Shown in pieces: positions 25,692-38,553 of a stretch of 64,000 bases of DNA (position 1 is its first letter; every line of letters begins with the position of its first letter). The stretch is from NCBI GenBank assembly GCA_905178155.1, contig CAJINV010000003.1:5733985-5797984 (forward strand). Reading direction: 5' to 3'. Position numbers and translations under genes: made by a program. This DNA comes from Amoebophrya sp. A120 (taxonomy: Eukaryota; Protista; Dinoflagellata). A model generated the notes under the pieces. The model had not been told where the DNA came from. It did not search any database and saw nothing but the letters and a program-made list of their open reading frames with translations.

Positions 25692-26691
25692 ATGCGGGTT
25701 TTCACTGCTCTCGTGGTTGGTGCGGTAGCCGTGCAAGCCGAGCCGTTGTTGAAAAAGAAGCCGGCGTCTCAGGAGCTTGCAAAGGAGATGACGCGCGATT
25801 TGGAAATGAACTTCAACAAAATCGCACCGTTCGGTACTACTTACAAGGATTTCATTTTCGACTCGCTGGAAGTAGTAAGACCTGGTGTTTGCGGTCGATT
25901 TTTATTCATCTTTAGTTTTTTAAAGGTCACTCGCACTTTCCGCAGATCGCCGTGATAGCGAATTACCTTTGGGCTATTCTTGAAGCTAAACCATTTCATT
26001 TGTGGGGGAAAAATAGGTAAGGAAGACACTGCGAAGGAGCTGCAGGATCATGCTGCGAAAACCCAGGACACGCTTGTGGACGCCGTCGAGAATGCCGAGG
26101 TAGCTGAGATCAAGCGCGCGGTCTTCCGCGCACTCACGCGGTTGCGAGCGGCTTCGATTAAGGAATTCGACACCATTGCCCGCTTGGAGACCCAAGCCAT
26201 CGATGCGTATCATCTTTTCTAATAAATTATTATCCTTGTTTTTTGGTTCCCTATCCCTCAGCTGCTGGAAGTAAGTATACTGCGAAGTTTCAGTTACAGT
26301 TTGTTTGGTCCTTCATCCGGTGCTTTATATGTCGAAATACGTCCTGATCCTATCGGAATTTTAAATTCACCCAGGTACAATGACGCCCACCACTACCGGG
26401 CCGAGAACCCGTATGGCGGTGAACTTTGCAAGTTTAGAGAGGAAGGTCGTAGTTCAGGTTTTCCTGTAGTTAAAGAGAGGTCCAGCTGGCACTTTTGGTG
26501 CACAATTAAATTTGAGTTCTTGGGCGTGGGTCCGTCACGCTTGCCTCGCATCACCAGGCTCCTTCAAAGTGTTGGCTTTGAATACATGACCTTCTTCTTG
26601 CTTGCAGTTTAAATTGCATACGCCGCTGGAGCACTTGCACCAAGACGAGTCCCCCGTGGACACGGACAAGCTCAAGAGCTTCCACTTGTAA
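25692..26691 (+). CDS. Conserved dinoflagellate-type secreted helical protein of unknown function, 4 exons
   Basis: Signal peptide MRVFTALVVGAVAVQA, then NFNKIAPFGKEDTAKELQDHAAKTQDTLVDAVENAEVAEIKRAVFRALTRLRAA...YNDAHHYRAENPLEHLHQDESPVDTDKLKSFHL*. Introns at 25834-26016 and 26207-26374 (GT-AG) and ~26412-26625 (non-canonical). I recall similar sequences from dinoflagellate transcript sets but have not verified this. Confidence 0.8.
26412..26620. mobile_element. Degenerate introner-like element forming a non-canonical intron
   Basis: TAT..ATA ends, partial TIR (aactttgcaag / cttgcagttt) and TSD ACCCG/CGCCG. Removing 214 nt gives AENP|LEHLH. No AG is available at that junction. Confidence 0.65.
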
Positions 26692-27539
26692 GTTTGGTGC
26701 TCGTTTTGGAGAAGCAGTGTCGAGGCGCACGTCCAGCATTAACGATGGAGCGCGACGAGCCGTCGGACTGTAGAACCAGGCAGTACGAAGGAAGCTGCCG
26801 ATTTGACTTGATAGAAAATCGCATTGTTTCGCGCTATGTTGCTGATGCTCAGCAAGGGGACACACCAGTTACGGTTTCTTTTCTTTTCACGCCTGTGTAG
26901 TTTTTGCTAAGTGGGCCATGAGGAAGGTAGTTGCCATTCAATAGAAACAACCTTATTTTTGGTAGAGATTGATTGATTGCTTGAGACGGCTGTTGTACTT
27001 ATATTTGATTGCGGATAGAGAACGAGTGTATGATTTTTAAAGAGACGCGTAGACTTTTTTCTTTTCTTACAATACTTTTTGAGACGAGTAATTTTTTTTG
27101 CAAGAGACAGAGATTCACCAAAATAAGTTGAGTGCCTGCAGCTTCTCATGGACACTGAACCTTGAGTCTGAGTGATGCATCTTTTCGCGAAATTGAAGTT
27201 TAGATTTACGTTCCGTGCGAACATGTTATTTCTTTGTTCGTGCTTTTGTCATTTTTTTGTCCTCTCACGGCACCATCGTTGTCCAGGGACCCGAAAGTTT
27301 TGTTTTGGTCCAGCCCTTGAATTTTGTGTTGGTCCTGTGAGCTGTATACGGTGCAGCCTCACGTATCAAGCCTCGGTCGTGCGTGCATGGCAATCGGTAT
27401 AGCCCAGATCCCGGCAAACAAAGACCTATTTCGCATTTGCGATTGGATCTCTCTTCCGAGAAGTCAAACGTATTTGGATATCGCTGCACTAGCCGCTTCG
27501 GTTGCTCGTGAGGGACCTTGCTTGTGTTACACGGAAGGT

Positions 27540-28342
27540 ATGTCTTGCGCGTCGCTCTTTGCGCGGCGGGTGCCGCTTATTGCGCGACCGCTGGTTAGAA
27601 CGCGAGTATCGAGAGCCACCAGTGTGTGGCAGGGAACGCTAAAAGAGGGCTCTGGATCAGTTAGTGTCGGCAGTGGAACGATCAAGGAGCTGGTACTGAA
27701 ACCTGCTTTTACACTTTGGCTCGGATAATTCCTAATGCGCAAAAGTAGCCCATGCGTCAAACTTCATGTGTAGCTGCGTTGTTCATGTTCTGTGACTGCT
27801 GGATCTTCTTACTGATAAGAGTCGCATTCAGGTCTCGAACCACTACAGGAATACTCATTTGCATCACGCTTTGAGACGGACGAAACAAAGTGCAACCCGG
27901 AGGAGCTGATCGGGTCGGCAATCTCCGGCTGCTATTCCATGTTTTTGGCTGCACTCCTGACAAAGAAGGGCCTGAATCCAGATGCAGTACCTATTCGATT
28001 TTTAGTCACGTCAGGCCTCCCCATCCTGCTTTTTTTGCAATGATTTTGTAGAAATTCAGAAGTTCTGTATGCTTTTGTTGCCCTGTCTCCATCTCGGTTT
28101 TTCTCACATCTGTTTTGGTACGTGACAGTATTTTTCTATCACCTGAGGTGACAACCACGGCAACAGTGACGCTCGCGGAGGGCCCGCTGATTTCGAGCAT
28201 CAAGCTTGCCACGGAAGGAAAGTGTTCCGGTGTGGACGCGAAAACTTTCGAGGAACTTGCACTCGAGGCGAAAGAAGGTTGCCCAGTCAGTAAAGCACTG
28301 GCTGCTGTACCAGAGGTGACGCTTGAGGCCAAGCTGCTGTAA
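27540..28342 (+). CDS. osmC: OsmC-family peroxiredoxin with a putative mitochondrial presequence, 3 exons (27540-27692, 27849-27986, 28148-28342)
   Basis: Motifs WQGTLKEGSGSVS, YSFASRFE, NPEELIGSAISGCYSMFL, TTATVTL, AKEGCPVSKAL (both catalytic Cys present). Arg-rich, acid-free N-terminal extension. GT-AG introns at 27693-27848 and 27987-28147. Confidence 0.9.
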
Positions 28343-29265
28343 ATGGTATAGAGTCTGACTGCAGTGCCAGTGTGTAAGAAAAGTAGAGTTCTTTCGGAAC
28401 AATTATGCATATATTCAATTTCGCAACCTGAATGAAGTAGATCTAGACATAAGCAGTCTTCTGTGATAGCGACCTATCATAGATTTATACAGACGGGCTG
28501 GTGTCTGGGACTAGTGCCTCGACACCAGGCAGACTGCTTGCAACAGTTGCAGTTCTTGTCAGACGAAATTTCAATGCAAAAAGGTACAAGTTAATAACTC
28601 AGCCGTGGAAGACGTGATGGTACTGGTTCTCTTTTCGTTATGAAATCACGAGCAGGTGCCAGTTCGTCCGCTATGTTGAAATCGTCACTGTGACATGGCT
28701 ATCCTTGCGGTAATAGCATACCTTCTCTGGATCATGGTGACATGCCTTTTCACAGTTTTCCATTTTGCATGTCGCAACTTCTTTGTGCTGCCTTTCGCGA
28801 AGGGTCTTGGTTGAGGTAATCCTAATCGTTTCGTCTTGTTTTCAGAATAAATTCGTGTAATCGCATTTTCGTTCTCCCCTCAGTGTCACGTTCGTTTGTC
28901 CCAGTTCGTTGTGAACTAAAGAAGCCTACCAGGTCTACGTTCGCTGGTTACTTGCGCTCTCCGTTGTCGTCGTTTTTCCTTTATTTTGGGCGGTTTTGTG
29001 TCCCCATTAGACAGGACTTTTGGAATCGTTGTCGCATTAAACAAAAATACCCGTGCAGGCCAAACCCTTATTGTCGCCGGGACCCACATCAATAGACGGT
29101 ATCGAGATCATATAATTGTCCCCACTTATGGGAAGTTACTCTGTGCTGGCAACTGGCAAGGATGCGGGGACCTAGTGCAGCAATACACACTGAAAAGTCC
29201 TGACTTTTTTACCTCCTATTGCAACCTCCGAATTTCACATATACCCTAAATAAGTATTTGCGATC

Positions 29266-30192
29266 ATGCTAGAGGATATTCTGCCGGACGACGCATCTCC
29301 TTTCCCAGGACTCCCGGAGCGGCGTCATGCTTTCGTGAAACAAGAGCAAGAACGGGATGCGGCGGGCGTCCGAGTGCTGAAGGCCGACCCTGACCTCCCG
29401 ACCCGCAAGGGCCGGGCTGCTTTTATTCACGACCGCCATGCGCAACCTGAAGAAGTGTCCGTGGAAGAAGAGCTCGGGCGACGGCGAAAAGCGCACTGTT
29501 TGCACCGCGCGAAAGCTGGATCGAGAGAAGCGATAGACGGCGCAGTAAGTGGTGATACTACAGCGGCCCAAGATAAAAACACTCGTGCGAAGAACGATGA
29601 AGTGTCGATGCCGCTCGATCACTCCGCGTCTTCTGTTCTGTCGTGCGCGGCGTTTCTCGATCGGACAGACTCGCTCAAGGTGGCGGCGGATGAGCGCAAA
29701 GATGACCGGGCGAGCGGGCGCGACAGTCGGAGCGCACTCGCGGGAGCGGTGCGCAACACGCGATCGCGACAAAGTTCGCCGACCGACAGTATCGGCCGGG
29801 GCGTCACCAACACGGCCGGACCCGAGCTACGGTTGATGCAGGGAAAGCAGCGAAGGAGCGTCGAGGCCCTCGGTGCGCAAGAACTCCTACGTCCCACCAC
29901 GGGGTCCGCTTGTTCGGCTCCAGAGAGACCTCCTCAAACGCCCGGAGTAGACGAAGGCGCACTTTACGCAAGGCGCAGGCACGTCAACCCCGACGCCGGG
30001 CGGTCGCAACTGTGGTTGGACGAAGATGACGCGGCCAGGAACAGCCCGCTGCACCACCTGCGGGTGCGACGGCAGCTGGCACCTCCTTCGGCGAGTGCAG
30101 CTGCACAGGGTGATATTAAGCAGAGCGGGAAGCTGCCCGCAAATTACTGGGTTGGCGCTCGGTTCGCGCGAACGAACGCAACCGTCATCTGA
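29266..30192 (+). CDS. Hypothetical low-complexity protein
   Basis: 308-aa ATG-initiated GC-rich ORF with AT-richer flanks. No family recognised. Confidence 0.55.
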   Translation: MLEDILPDDASPFPGLPERRHAFVKQEQERDAAGVRVLKADPDLPTRKGRAAFIHDRHAQPEEVSVEEELGRRRKAHCLHRAKAGSREAIDGAVSGDTTAAQDKNTRAKNDEVSMPLDHSASSVLSCAAFLDRTDSLKVAADERKDDRASGRDSRSALAGAVRNTRSRQSSPTDSIGRGVTNTAGPELRLMQGKQRRSVEALGAQELLRPTTGSACSAPERPPQTPGVDEGALYARRRHVNPDAGRSQLWLDEDDAARNSPLHHLRVRRQLAPPSASAAAQGDIKQSGKLPANYWVGARFARTNATVI

Positions 30193-30741
30193 CTTTTGGG
30201 TATAATTTAGCTACCCACTTTAACTTTTGTGTGCGCCCAAGCTGCGGATGGGTTCTGTCCGTGTAAATGTTTAGTTTTCTATACACCATTTCTTGCTGTT
30301 GACAGAAGTTGTCATCATACGAGCTGTGCCGCCGCGGACGCGCGGTTTCTAGGTTTGGTCACTTTTGTACTTTTTTCGTTGTGTTCTTGAGAACTTCAGC
30401 TGCAGATCATTGGTGAATTCGTTTGGCGAATCTTCGAACGTACATAGCCCGAATGTACCAGGCATCAGCGTGTCAAAGCGACGATATTGAAAGCTGTATT
30501 TTTTCACATTGTCCACAAAGGAACGGATACAGTCATTGAATACGTGATGGGCGAACAAAGCTAGCATAGTAAGTATGCAAGCAATCTGCAAAAGAAGAGT
30601 GGTCTTTTTCGAGAAGATGCAATCGAGGTTTACAAAGATTGAAAATAAGCAGGCATGCGCTTAAAAAAACATGTATTTAGAAATTAAGAAAACATGAGCT
30701 TCTTTACATTTACTGCGTGACCGCACGGGCATCAGACAAGG

Positions 30742-31567
30742 ATGGAGCACGCGGATTACGTACGGAAAAAGGTGGATCCATTGCTGGATAAGATTGTGGC
30801 GGGTTTAATAACAGGTAGAAAAGAATAAATGTCAGTACTGAGTGAGTATTCAAGACTCTTTATCGAACTCCATCCTGTAACTGCAGAACTAGTAACGTCA
30901 TTTTTTTGCCGTCACCGATGCACGCATTCATCTTCGAATTTTGTTTTTGGTTTCGCTACAAATTACCTCCTTATTTACAGATCGCCCAGAGGACGTGATC
31001 GGATACATGATTCGATTCCTGGATAAGCCGGAGCCGAGTCGTATCTTGGAAAGGATTCAGTTCAGCTCCTGCAGACGACTTCGTCTAGCGTCCAGGTCAC
31101 TGATGTATGTCGAGATTATTTGATACCCCGCCGAGAGCGAGAAAATTTTTGGAGATGACTACAAGGACCCTATCCATTCCTGCTTTGCCCTGGACAAATG
31201 CGTGAGGGCTGTGACCGGGTGTCCGACTGTTAACTAAGTAGGGGTAATGCAACAAGGAGAATCGAATATAACCGGCCCTTGCGCAGAGACAAAGTGTTTG
31301 CAATTTCAAGTTTGCTGCAGTAGCTGAGACTTAATTTTCACTTGCATACACTTGCGAGACCAGGAGCGGGAGGTTCGACACAACATCGAGGAGTTGCAGA
31401 TCGACATTGAATCTCTCGAATCCAAGATTAGTGAGAACGAGTCGAACAAAGCGTCGCTACCGCCGGTGGAAGGAGCGCAGGACTCTGCGCCTGCAGCGGA
31501 GGAGGAGAGCAACGTCGCAGCCGACCCCGAACCGCCGGCATCGGGCATCGAAAGCGGCGAGGCATAG
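30742..31567 (+). CDS. Small Dpy-30/RIIa-like dimerisation-docking domain protein with a coiled-coil tail, 3 exons
   Basis: MEHADYVRKKVDPLLDKIVAGLIT|DRPEDVIGYMIRFL fits the D/D pattern (Y...V.P.L..L....P.D...Y). GT-AG intron at 30815-30980 and a second TIR-bearing intron at ~31041-31358. Confidence 0.7.
31042..31348. mobile_element. Degenerate introner-like element
   Basis: Start tatcttggaaaggattcagttcagctcctgcag versus the reverse complement of the end, tatgcaagtgaaaattaagtctcagctactgcag. Element plus 5 = 312 keeps the frame. An in-frame GT-AG alternative exists at 31041-31358. Confidence 0.6.
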
Positions 31568-32486
31568 CCTGTTAAAATGCAACCGCCGCCGTGCGGCAGT
31601 GTGAAGCGCAATAATCGTGCGCAGGTTCTTCTTTCTCGGGTAGTGCGGACCTGTGCCCAGTAGTCGACTACTTACACACAATTGCGACTGTGCAAAGTTC
31701 ACTGCGCGAGTTCTCAATTTCTTGCCAATCTGCCACTTTTGGAGGCATGGATGTGGACTCGGGACTTGTTTTTACGCACTGCGTAAACTGGTATTTGCAT
31801 CGAATAATTAGGAGTCAGTGCTGTCATCTGCGGAGGCCTTCTTGTTTCCGGTGATGGCATCGGAAGATTCGCAGTCGCTACAGTAAATACATTCATGGAG
31901 ACGTCTGACATCTGTTTTTGTCACTGATTCGAGTTCTTCTGGCGGGTTGGTTGCGCTTTCGAGACATGCACTGCACCTTCATGCGAATTCAAATACAAGA
32001 TGTTCCAAAATGACCAACAAACGATCTTGCACCGTGCCGTGCTTTCGATCGATCACGATCTCTCTCTTAGGAGAGAAGCATTACAATAAAGTCGGTTACT
32101 GTAGCGCCAGCGAGAAGTAATTCATTGTGATCTTGATGCTAACTTGGATAAACTGATATCGGTGGCGTTGTGGTCGTCCTTATCGAAGAATAGGTTTGGA
32201 TGTGATCTGCAATTTTCATCGTGTTTTACAAAAAATACAATTTCTGCATTCGAGAACAAAACTAAGTTTCAAATTTCCGCCTACTATTCAGAACGAAGTT
32301 CTTGTTTCATTGATTTTCTTTCAGTGAGCGGCTAGGACTAGGTCTTTGTCTTTCATCTAATTATTTCTGTGTGTTGTATGAAGTGTTGCTAATAATAACA
32401 TGTGCCGCCCTCTGCAGCGGTGCAACCATGACCCCGTGTAGTACTTACCCAACTGGCCTGGTCGGGCTCGATCGTTTGTAACACCG

Positions 32487-34105
32487 ATGGCAACGGCGCA
32501 ATATGTGGTAGGACAAATAGCGGTCAACACTGCCTTGGCTCTGTATCTGACTTACTTCTTGCCCCAAATAATCTACAACCAATGGGCCATCTCGTTTCCG
32601 CCACCGGGACAGAAGTCCACGACTGTGAAGCAAATCTCGCTGCTCACTCAGCTTCTACAGTTCCTGACGAGTTGCGTAGACCTCGTGTACGGCCTGGCCG
32701 GGGTTCCGCAGTGGCAGTATTGGCTGGTATCGGCTGTGTCGCTGCTGTGTCTCAGCATCCAAGAAATCCAGATCCTCCACGTGCGGTTGCGCATCCAGCA
32801 GGGAGGTCGTAGTGACGTAGACCCTGAGACGGGAACGTATCAACACGGAGAAAAACTTGTGTCAGTGCTGGTCAGAGTTGGTTTATCACGCTTCATCTTT
32901 TGCATGGATTGGGAACTTCCGGCGCGGGTGCTCATCTGGGTGTGGCCGAATTCGTGCGGGATAGACAAACGAGACCGATGAATATTTTTTTTCTCTCCCC
33001 TTGCTGGGAATCAGTACTACTACTACTACTACTAGTAAAAAATCATGACTGTATGCGCTCCCGCTCACCATCACTGTGCCCGCGCCCTTGATGTTGCACT
33101 TGCAGGAAAGCGAAAAAGTGAAAGGTATTCGTTGTGAACGAAAACAAAAGCATTTATCGGAAAAAAGAGCCGCACTACACACCACGACTGCCACTGAGAG
33201 CACAAAGTTTCGCTTTCATAAACAGTTGCCGCTGACGAGGACAAGAGGAGAGGAGCAGGGGCTTTTACAGGAGTCGCAGCCACAAGCAGCAGACGAACAA
33301 TTCTTGCAGCTAAACGACGGGGCGCCGAGCGATAAGAAAGAGGGGCGAACAAGTGGACGCGTGAGTTATACCGATGCGGGAGGGCGGAACGTCGAATCCG
33401 TGCCGGTCTGCCTTGTCGTGTCGCACGGGGTGACGACCGCACTAATGCTGTGCGGCAGTCTGATCGTGACCATAGGGCGGTTTCAAATTTCGACCGCCGG
33501 TGTTGATTCGCTCGGGTTTATCGAAACGGCACTATACCTGCTCACGTGGGTATCATGAGTGAAGAGCACGCCACTACACTGGAATAGGGAAGCAAGTTTA
33601 TCTGGCGAACAGCGTGCAACTTTCCGTCTAAACAGACAAAGCAACTCTCTGAACGTGCCGACCACACGGCAATCAGTGCTCATTGATGCATTTGTTTTGT
33701 AGGTGTCACGAGAAGAAGTTCTATGAAGGGTTGTATTTTTCGCTCCATAGTAGAATGATTTATTTGCTGCAGTAAGAGTAACTTCTACTCTAGACCTATT
33801 CCAGAAGGTGCTGTGTTTTCTCAGGACACTGGTTGCCCCAAGTCTATTGGAATTGGCGCAACAAGAACGGCGACGCGTACTCGGCAGTATTCCTGGCTAT
33901 GCAGTGGCTTGCCTGTGTTTGCGATCTGGTGACCGCCTTCTGCGTGTCCGATTATCCTTTACCAAGCAAAATCACCCCTTGGTTTTTGTTGGCTATCGTA
34001 TCTGTCCACCTAGGCCAGAAGCATTATTACAGGGGCCGGCGGCACAGAGAGCAAAACGAGGTAACAAGGGCGTCGGGGGCTCATTGCTCTTTCTCTGTCT
34101 CCTAG
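32487..34105 (+). CDS. PQ-loop repeat membrane transporter, 3 exons (approx. 32487-~32858, 33106-33545, 33808-34105)
   Basis: Two PQ motifs (YFLPQIIYN; HWLPQVYWNWRNK), each followed by S...L..CDL-type helices. GT-AG intron at 33546-33807. The first donor is uncertain. Confidence 0.72.
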
Positions 34106-35250
34106 CACATAAGACGTGCGGAGCGTTACGCGAGGAGCCCGTATCGCCGAAGGTTGACAAAAGAACCCTCCGCAGCGTTCTTCGTAGATGAGTTCTGATT
34201 CATATATGTGATGATTATCATACATGAGTAGAAGTACAAGTAGCGTATTTGCCTCCGTATTTCTTCTGTCGCCTGTGGCTTTTCCACAGCTCTCACGGCG
34301 AAGAGGTATTCTAGAATGAAGTACGCTTTCCAGGTGTTTTTTCGCGCGTTTTTGCGAAGAAGAGCTCCCCCCGCATTTTCTCATTGTGGGTTTCTGACTG
34401 GATGTAATATCGCAACAGGGAGGCTCAGGCTTTTGACTCCAAGAGCTGGCATCTTTAAGCCAGAAACATCGAAGCTACGAAGTTGAGAAAACATCGGCAT
34501 AAAGCATAGTCACAACGATTTTCTTCGCCAGTCGAGGAAGAATATCAATATCACCTCGCAGACCACGACTGGTCTCAATCATCGGTCCAATCTGCGAAAG
34601 GGCAAAGAGTCGGAGCAACGAATCACATGATGCATCTGCGAAGAAAATAAATAAGTAACTCGGTTTTATTATCACCTTGAATCGGTTTTGATTGTCGTTC
34701 ATTTTTTCAGGTTCCTATACCTGGTTCGGTTCGTGCTGGATTTTCACGATATTTCGTGCTCGATGTCGTCCTCACTGTCGTACGTCATTCTTTTTTTCAC
34801 CCTCTTTCGGACACATGCTTACTAACTCGTGCTACACAGCCTCTTCGTGCTAAGAAGTCGATTTTCGCACTATCTTGCGAATTCCTAAGCCGCGCTGCGG
34901 TATCTTTACTAATATTTCAAGCTGTCTCCGGACACAAAGCTGTCAGGTCTCGTCCCTGTACTCTGTTTTATTTGCGTGTCATTCCCTTGGGAGGACCCGC
35001 CCCTTATCGTAGCGAAAGTGATCTTGTTTACTACTTACGACAATTCGTGAAACCGGTTTTGGGTTTGCAGTTTAACATCGCATTACACACATTTTTTCCA
35101 TTCGAAAGAGCTTTTACTTTTTTCATTAACTTTCAAAAATTCTACGAATTTCGTTCGAAATTTTGTTTCTTTCTGGATCTCTTCTTCATCTCCGTCGTAA
35201 CAACACACAAAGCGTCAATCCTCGGTCGGCCAAAGATCGACTAAACCAGA

Positions 35251-38200
35251 ATGGCACGAAAGAATAGGAGCTTCACACGCCATCTCTTCTTACTGTCCCA
35301 AGCGCGCCTGAATGAAGCTGTGCACGTACCCCCTGTTTCGGAGGAAAATGTCGAGGGTCTGTCCACAGTTATTGAAGAAGAAGAAACCCAGATCCGATCA
35401 TTCCAAAAAGCCAGCAGTGCTTTCATGATGTTTTCCCTGCATAGTTTTCTGTGCTGAATGCGTTTGTACTCAATCCGATATGAATATTGAGTGAGGTGGC
35501 TTTGACCTACTTTCTCTTACTGCTATTGGCCGTGCTGGTACAGCTTCAATATAATGCTATGCAGGGAAAAACGGCTGTCGCTGTGGTGATCACTGCACTG
35601 CTAGCTCTTGCATTTTGATAGCACCGGACGGGCCTGCGGGACTCTCGTCGGGCGGTTCCGAGGGCAGAACACCCGCCGCAAAAGGTTTCCTGGCGCGAAG
35701 AGACCGACCCGCGGGCAGCATTTTCCAGGCCGCTTTTCTGCGGGCGAAAGAACCCGTCTCTGAAGTGACGGAGCCAGTCGCTGTCGCGGTTACGCCCGGC
35801 GGGGAGCAGTTGGGTGAGGACGGCGCTACAGATGATGAGAGAAGCAGTCCTGCTGTCGATTCGTTGACGACGTTGCCGCTTCGTGTGGAAGGCGGCACCA
35901 GCGAGGAGGTTGAAAGTGGTTTTACTGAAACAGAGGTGCTAACATCGTCGGTGACTTTAGGCGCTTTGCAAAACCTCGACCTTTTGCAGCAGCCGCCAGC
36001 TTTGCAGAAAGTGAACCAGCTGGCATTATTAGAGCCTGAGAAGGGGCAGCAGAAGCAGATGCAGCCACCATCGCAGATGCAGGCTTTGCAGAAGCCGATG
36101 CGAAAAGGACAAGTTTCTCCACGCCCGCCGGCCACACGACCGCACGTCTTCTTCTGGAAACACACTCCGCAGTATGAGCTCTCGTCTATGAACGCGATAT
36201 CGCCCCGACTCCTTTGCACCAGGAAGTCGATAAACATCAATCGAAGGAGGGTTTGGTATCGTGCATCATAAATTTAGAGTTAACCTGTATACGAATAAAA
36301 CATGAAACGAGCCCGCATTTGCTCGTTGCTCGACAAATTCGGTATGGTCGCTGCTTCGAGCAGAAGTTATGCGCGTCCCACGTTTTTCAAGTACAAGTAC
36401 TTAGTGTGATGGGAGGACGTATGCGTGTTGACGTACTAGAAGTTGCTGTCTGAAGCCTCATCCTGAATTTGAGTCGGGACTGGAGTAAAATTGTTGCGTG
36501 CATGGCCATAAAGTTGCTCCAATGAAATGCTGTAAGGTGGTTTAAGAGTCACCTAGGTGCAGGGAGTTGTTTTACCTTGACACTGATGTGGAGTTCGGAG
36601 ACTGGCTTTGCAGGGTCGACGCGTCATGCTATCTTCGAGCCGATCAAGGCTTTCAGCATCCTATCGCTATCGAGACAAACATCTCGGCACCTGAGCATTT
36701 TGCCTGGCGAAATGAAGAATTGGGAACTCGACCCGGAGACAGCAAGACTCGCTGGTAAGGTCAGAACTGAAAATGACCCGAGCTGGACCAGGGATGATCG
36801 GAGGCTACGGTTTAGCGTCGCGGCACTCCTGACTGTGGCCAGCTTCATGAGTGGTGGAGCTGCCCTGGCCTTGCCTGTTTTGGCTGCGGCAAAAGCCTCG
36901 TTCGAGGCCACGTTGTTATTTTGGCCGTATGCTAACGAAGGAATCTGGCGCACAACGTTGGTTGAAGACACTCGGGCCGCAAACCAGGGTTCGGTACAGG
37001 TAAGAGGGGCCCTGGAGCCGTTGTACAAGACATTCAATCCACTGCATCTTAAGTCACTACAATTGAGCTGGATGTATCCTCTAGAAATTGATGTTTGTTC
37101 GTTTCAGAGACGTGAAAGTAAGACACATGAAAACGAAAAGTAGCACCGGCGCCATGACCACGCGCGGAGGAGTACTTAGCGTAACTATCGACTATAGGCA
37201 TGATGCTAGTAGACATCATTTTCAAGAATTTGCTGGCGGCAAAAACAATTTCAAAGAGGATACAATCATCTACATGCGCTACTGCCCCCACTTTGAGCAG
37301 GTCAAGAAAACGGACAAGTTGACACCCGAAGAACAAGTTACGGAGAGCGTATTCGACGTGATGATGGTTCGCAACATCGAGAGACTTTCGAAGAAGAAAG
37401 AATTTCCGCTGGCAAAGGAAGGACCAACGGAAGCGAACCCGTTAGGGCGGAATCCCCTCTTTCCGTGCTACAAAGTCACGAAAGCGTTTTGGTCTTCGAA
37501 CGACGAGTACAGTGTTCGTCGAATCACTGGACTGAGTATGAAAGTGAGACGAAACCCGTAGCAACCCTGCCAGCATTCGCACCTCTTTTTTTTTGCGCAT
37601 GCGGGCATGGGGGCTACCGCTTTCAAGTCGATAATCGAGGAGGAGAAAGCCCACACACTCGCAGAAGAATTGCGGGGCCAGACTTTGGAGACTGAGGTGA
37701 AGAGTCTATTCACGATGTGGAAAGATACGTATGCCAAGGTCGATTTGTTGAAGATAGAGGTATTAATTTCATGTTCAGCTTTTTCCTTAATTCGCTTCTT
37801 TGCTGCTTTCCCCAGCATTGCCACCCGTTCCGAGAAGACTTAGCAAAAATGCAACTAATGACAGCGGAGCTTTGAAGAAAAAATGATATGTCTTGTTTCA
37901 TACAGTAGATGCTCTTTGTCGCGGAGGTGGAGGAGCTAGTATCTATGAATAGGCGCAAATGCCTGCTGCAGGACAGTGGTAGTGCATTCAATTTTCACCT
38001 CCGGTGAATTCGTGCTCAAAAGCAATGTAGTGATATCTCTAGCTTTGCGAAAAACGACATTCAGGAGAAGGCATCATTTGTGCTGAAAGCATGGAGCCTT
38101 GAGGCTCCAGCAGCCGGTGCGCAGGCCCTCATCGCTGGGAGGAAGCCAATCGACCATGGAGAGGGAGGCGCCACTACGGCGTCATTTTTGAAAAACCCAC

Positions 38201-38553
38201 TTGCGGCAGTCAGATCATACGTGACGGGTGCCAAACTATATTATGTACCCAGCCAGAAGACGAAGAAGGTGGCGAAGCTTGATGATGAATCTCTCGTATC
38301 TAGTATTGTTGAAGCGGCGCCGGGGGATCTTGATTCCTCCTTTTTCCAGATTTACCCCACCGCAAGCGGTTTGTTCCGCCCAACCGCTCACAACTCTGCA
38401 TTTGCGCAAATGGGTATGCCCGCTGTGGAGGCAATGAAGCACGCGGAGGATTTGACATTTCTCTTACGTGCGATCCAGATGCGAGTGGCGAAAATGAAGT
38501 TCGCCTTGGGCCAGCGAAGTGGGTTGAAGAAGCATGAAGAGTCATCTGGATAG
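35251..38553 (+). CDS. Multi-exon hypothetical protein (exon structure unresolved)
   Basis: A chain of + strand coding-like segments (35251, 35615, 36577, 37088, 37607, 38080) separated by ~200-300 nt AT-richer spacers. No family recognised. Confidence 0.45.
35396..35620. mobile_element. Probable degenerate introner-like element with a nested inverted repeat
   Basis: Right end tgcattttgata matches the family consensus. Outer IR agcYagcagtgc. Inner perfect 14-bp IR ttttccctgcatag (35431-44) / ctatgcagggaaaa (35557-70). TSD and exact junction are unclear. Confidence 0.5.
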
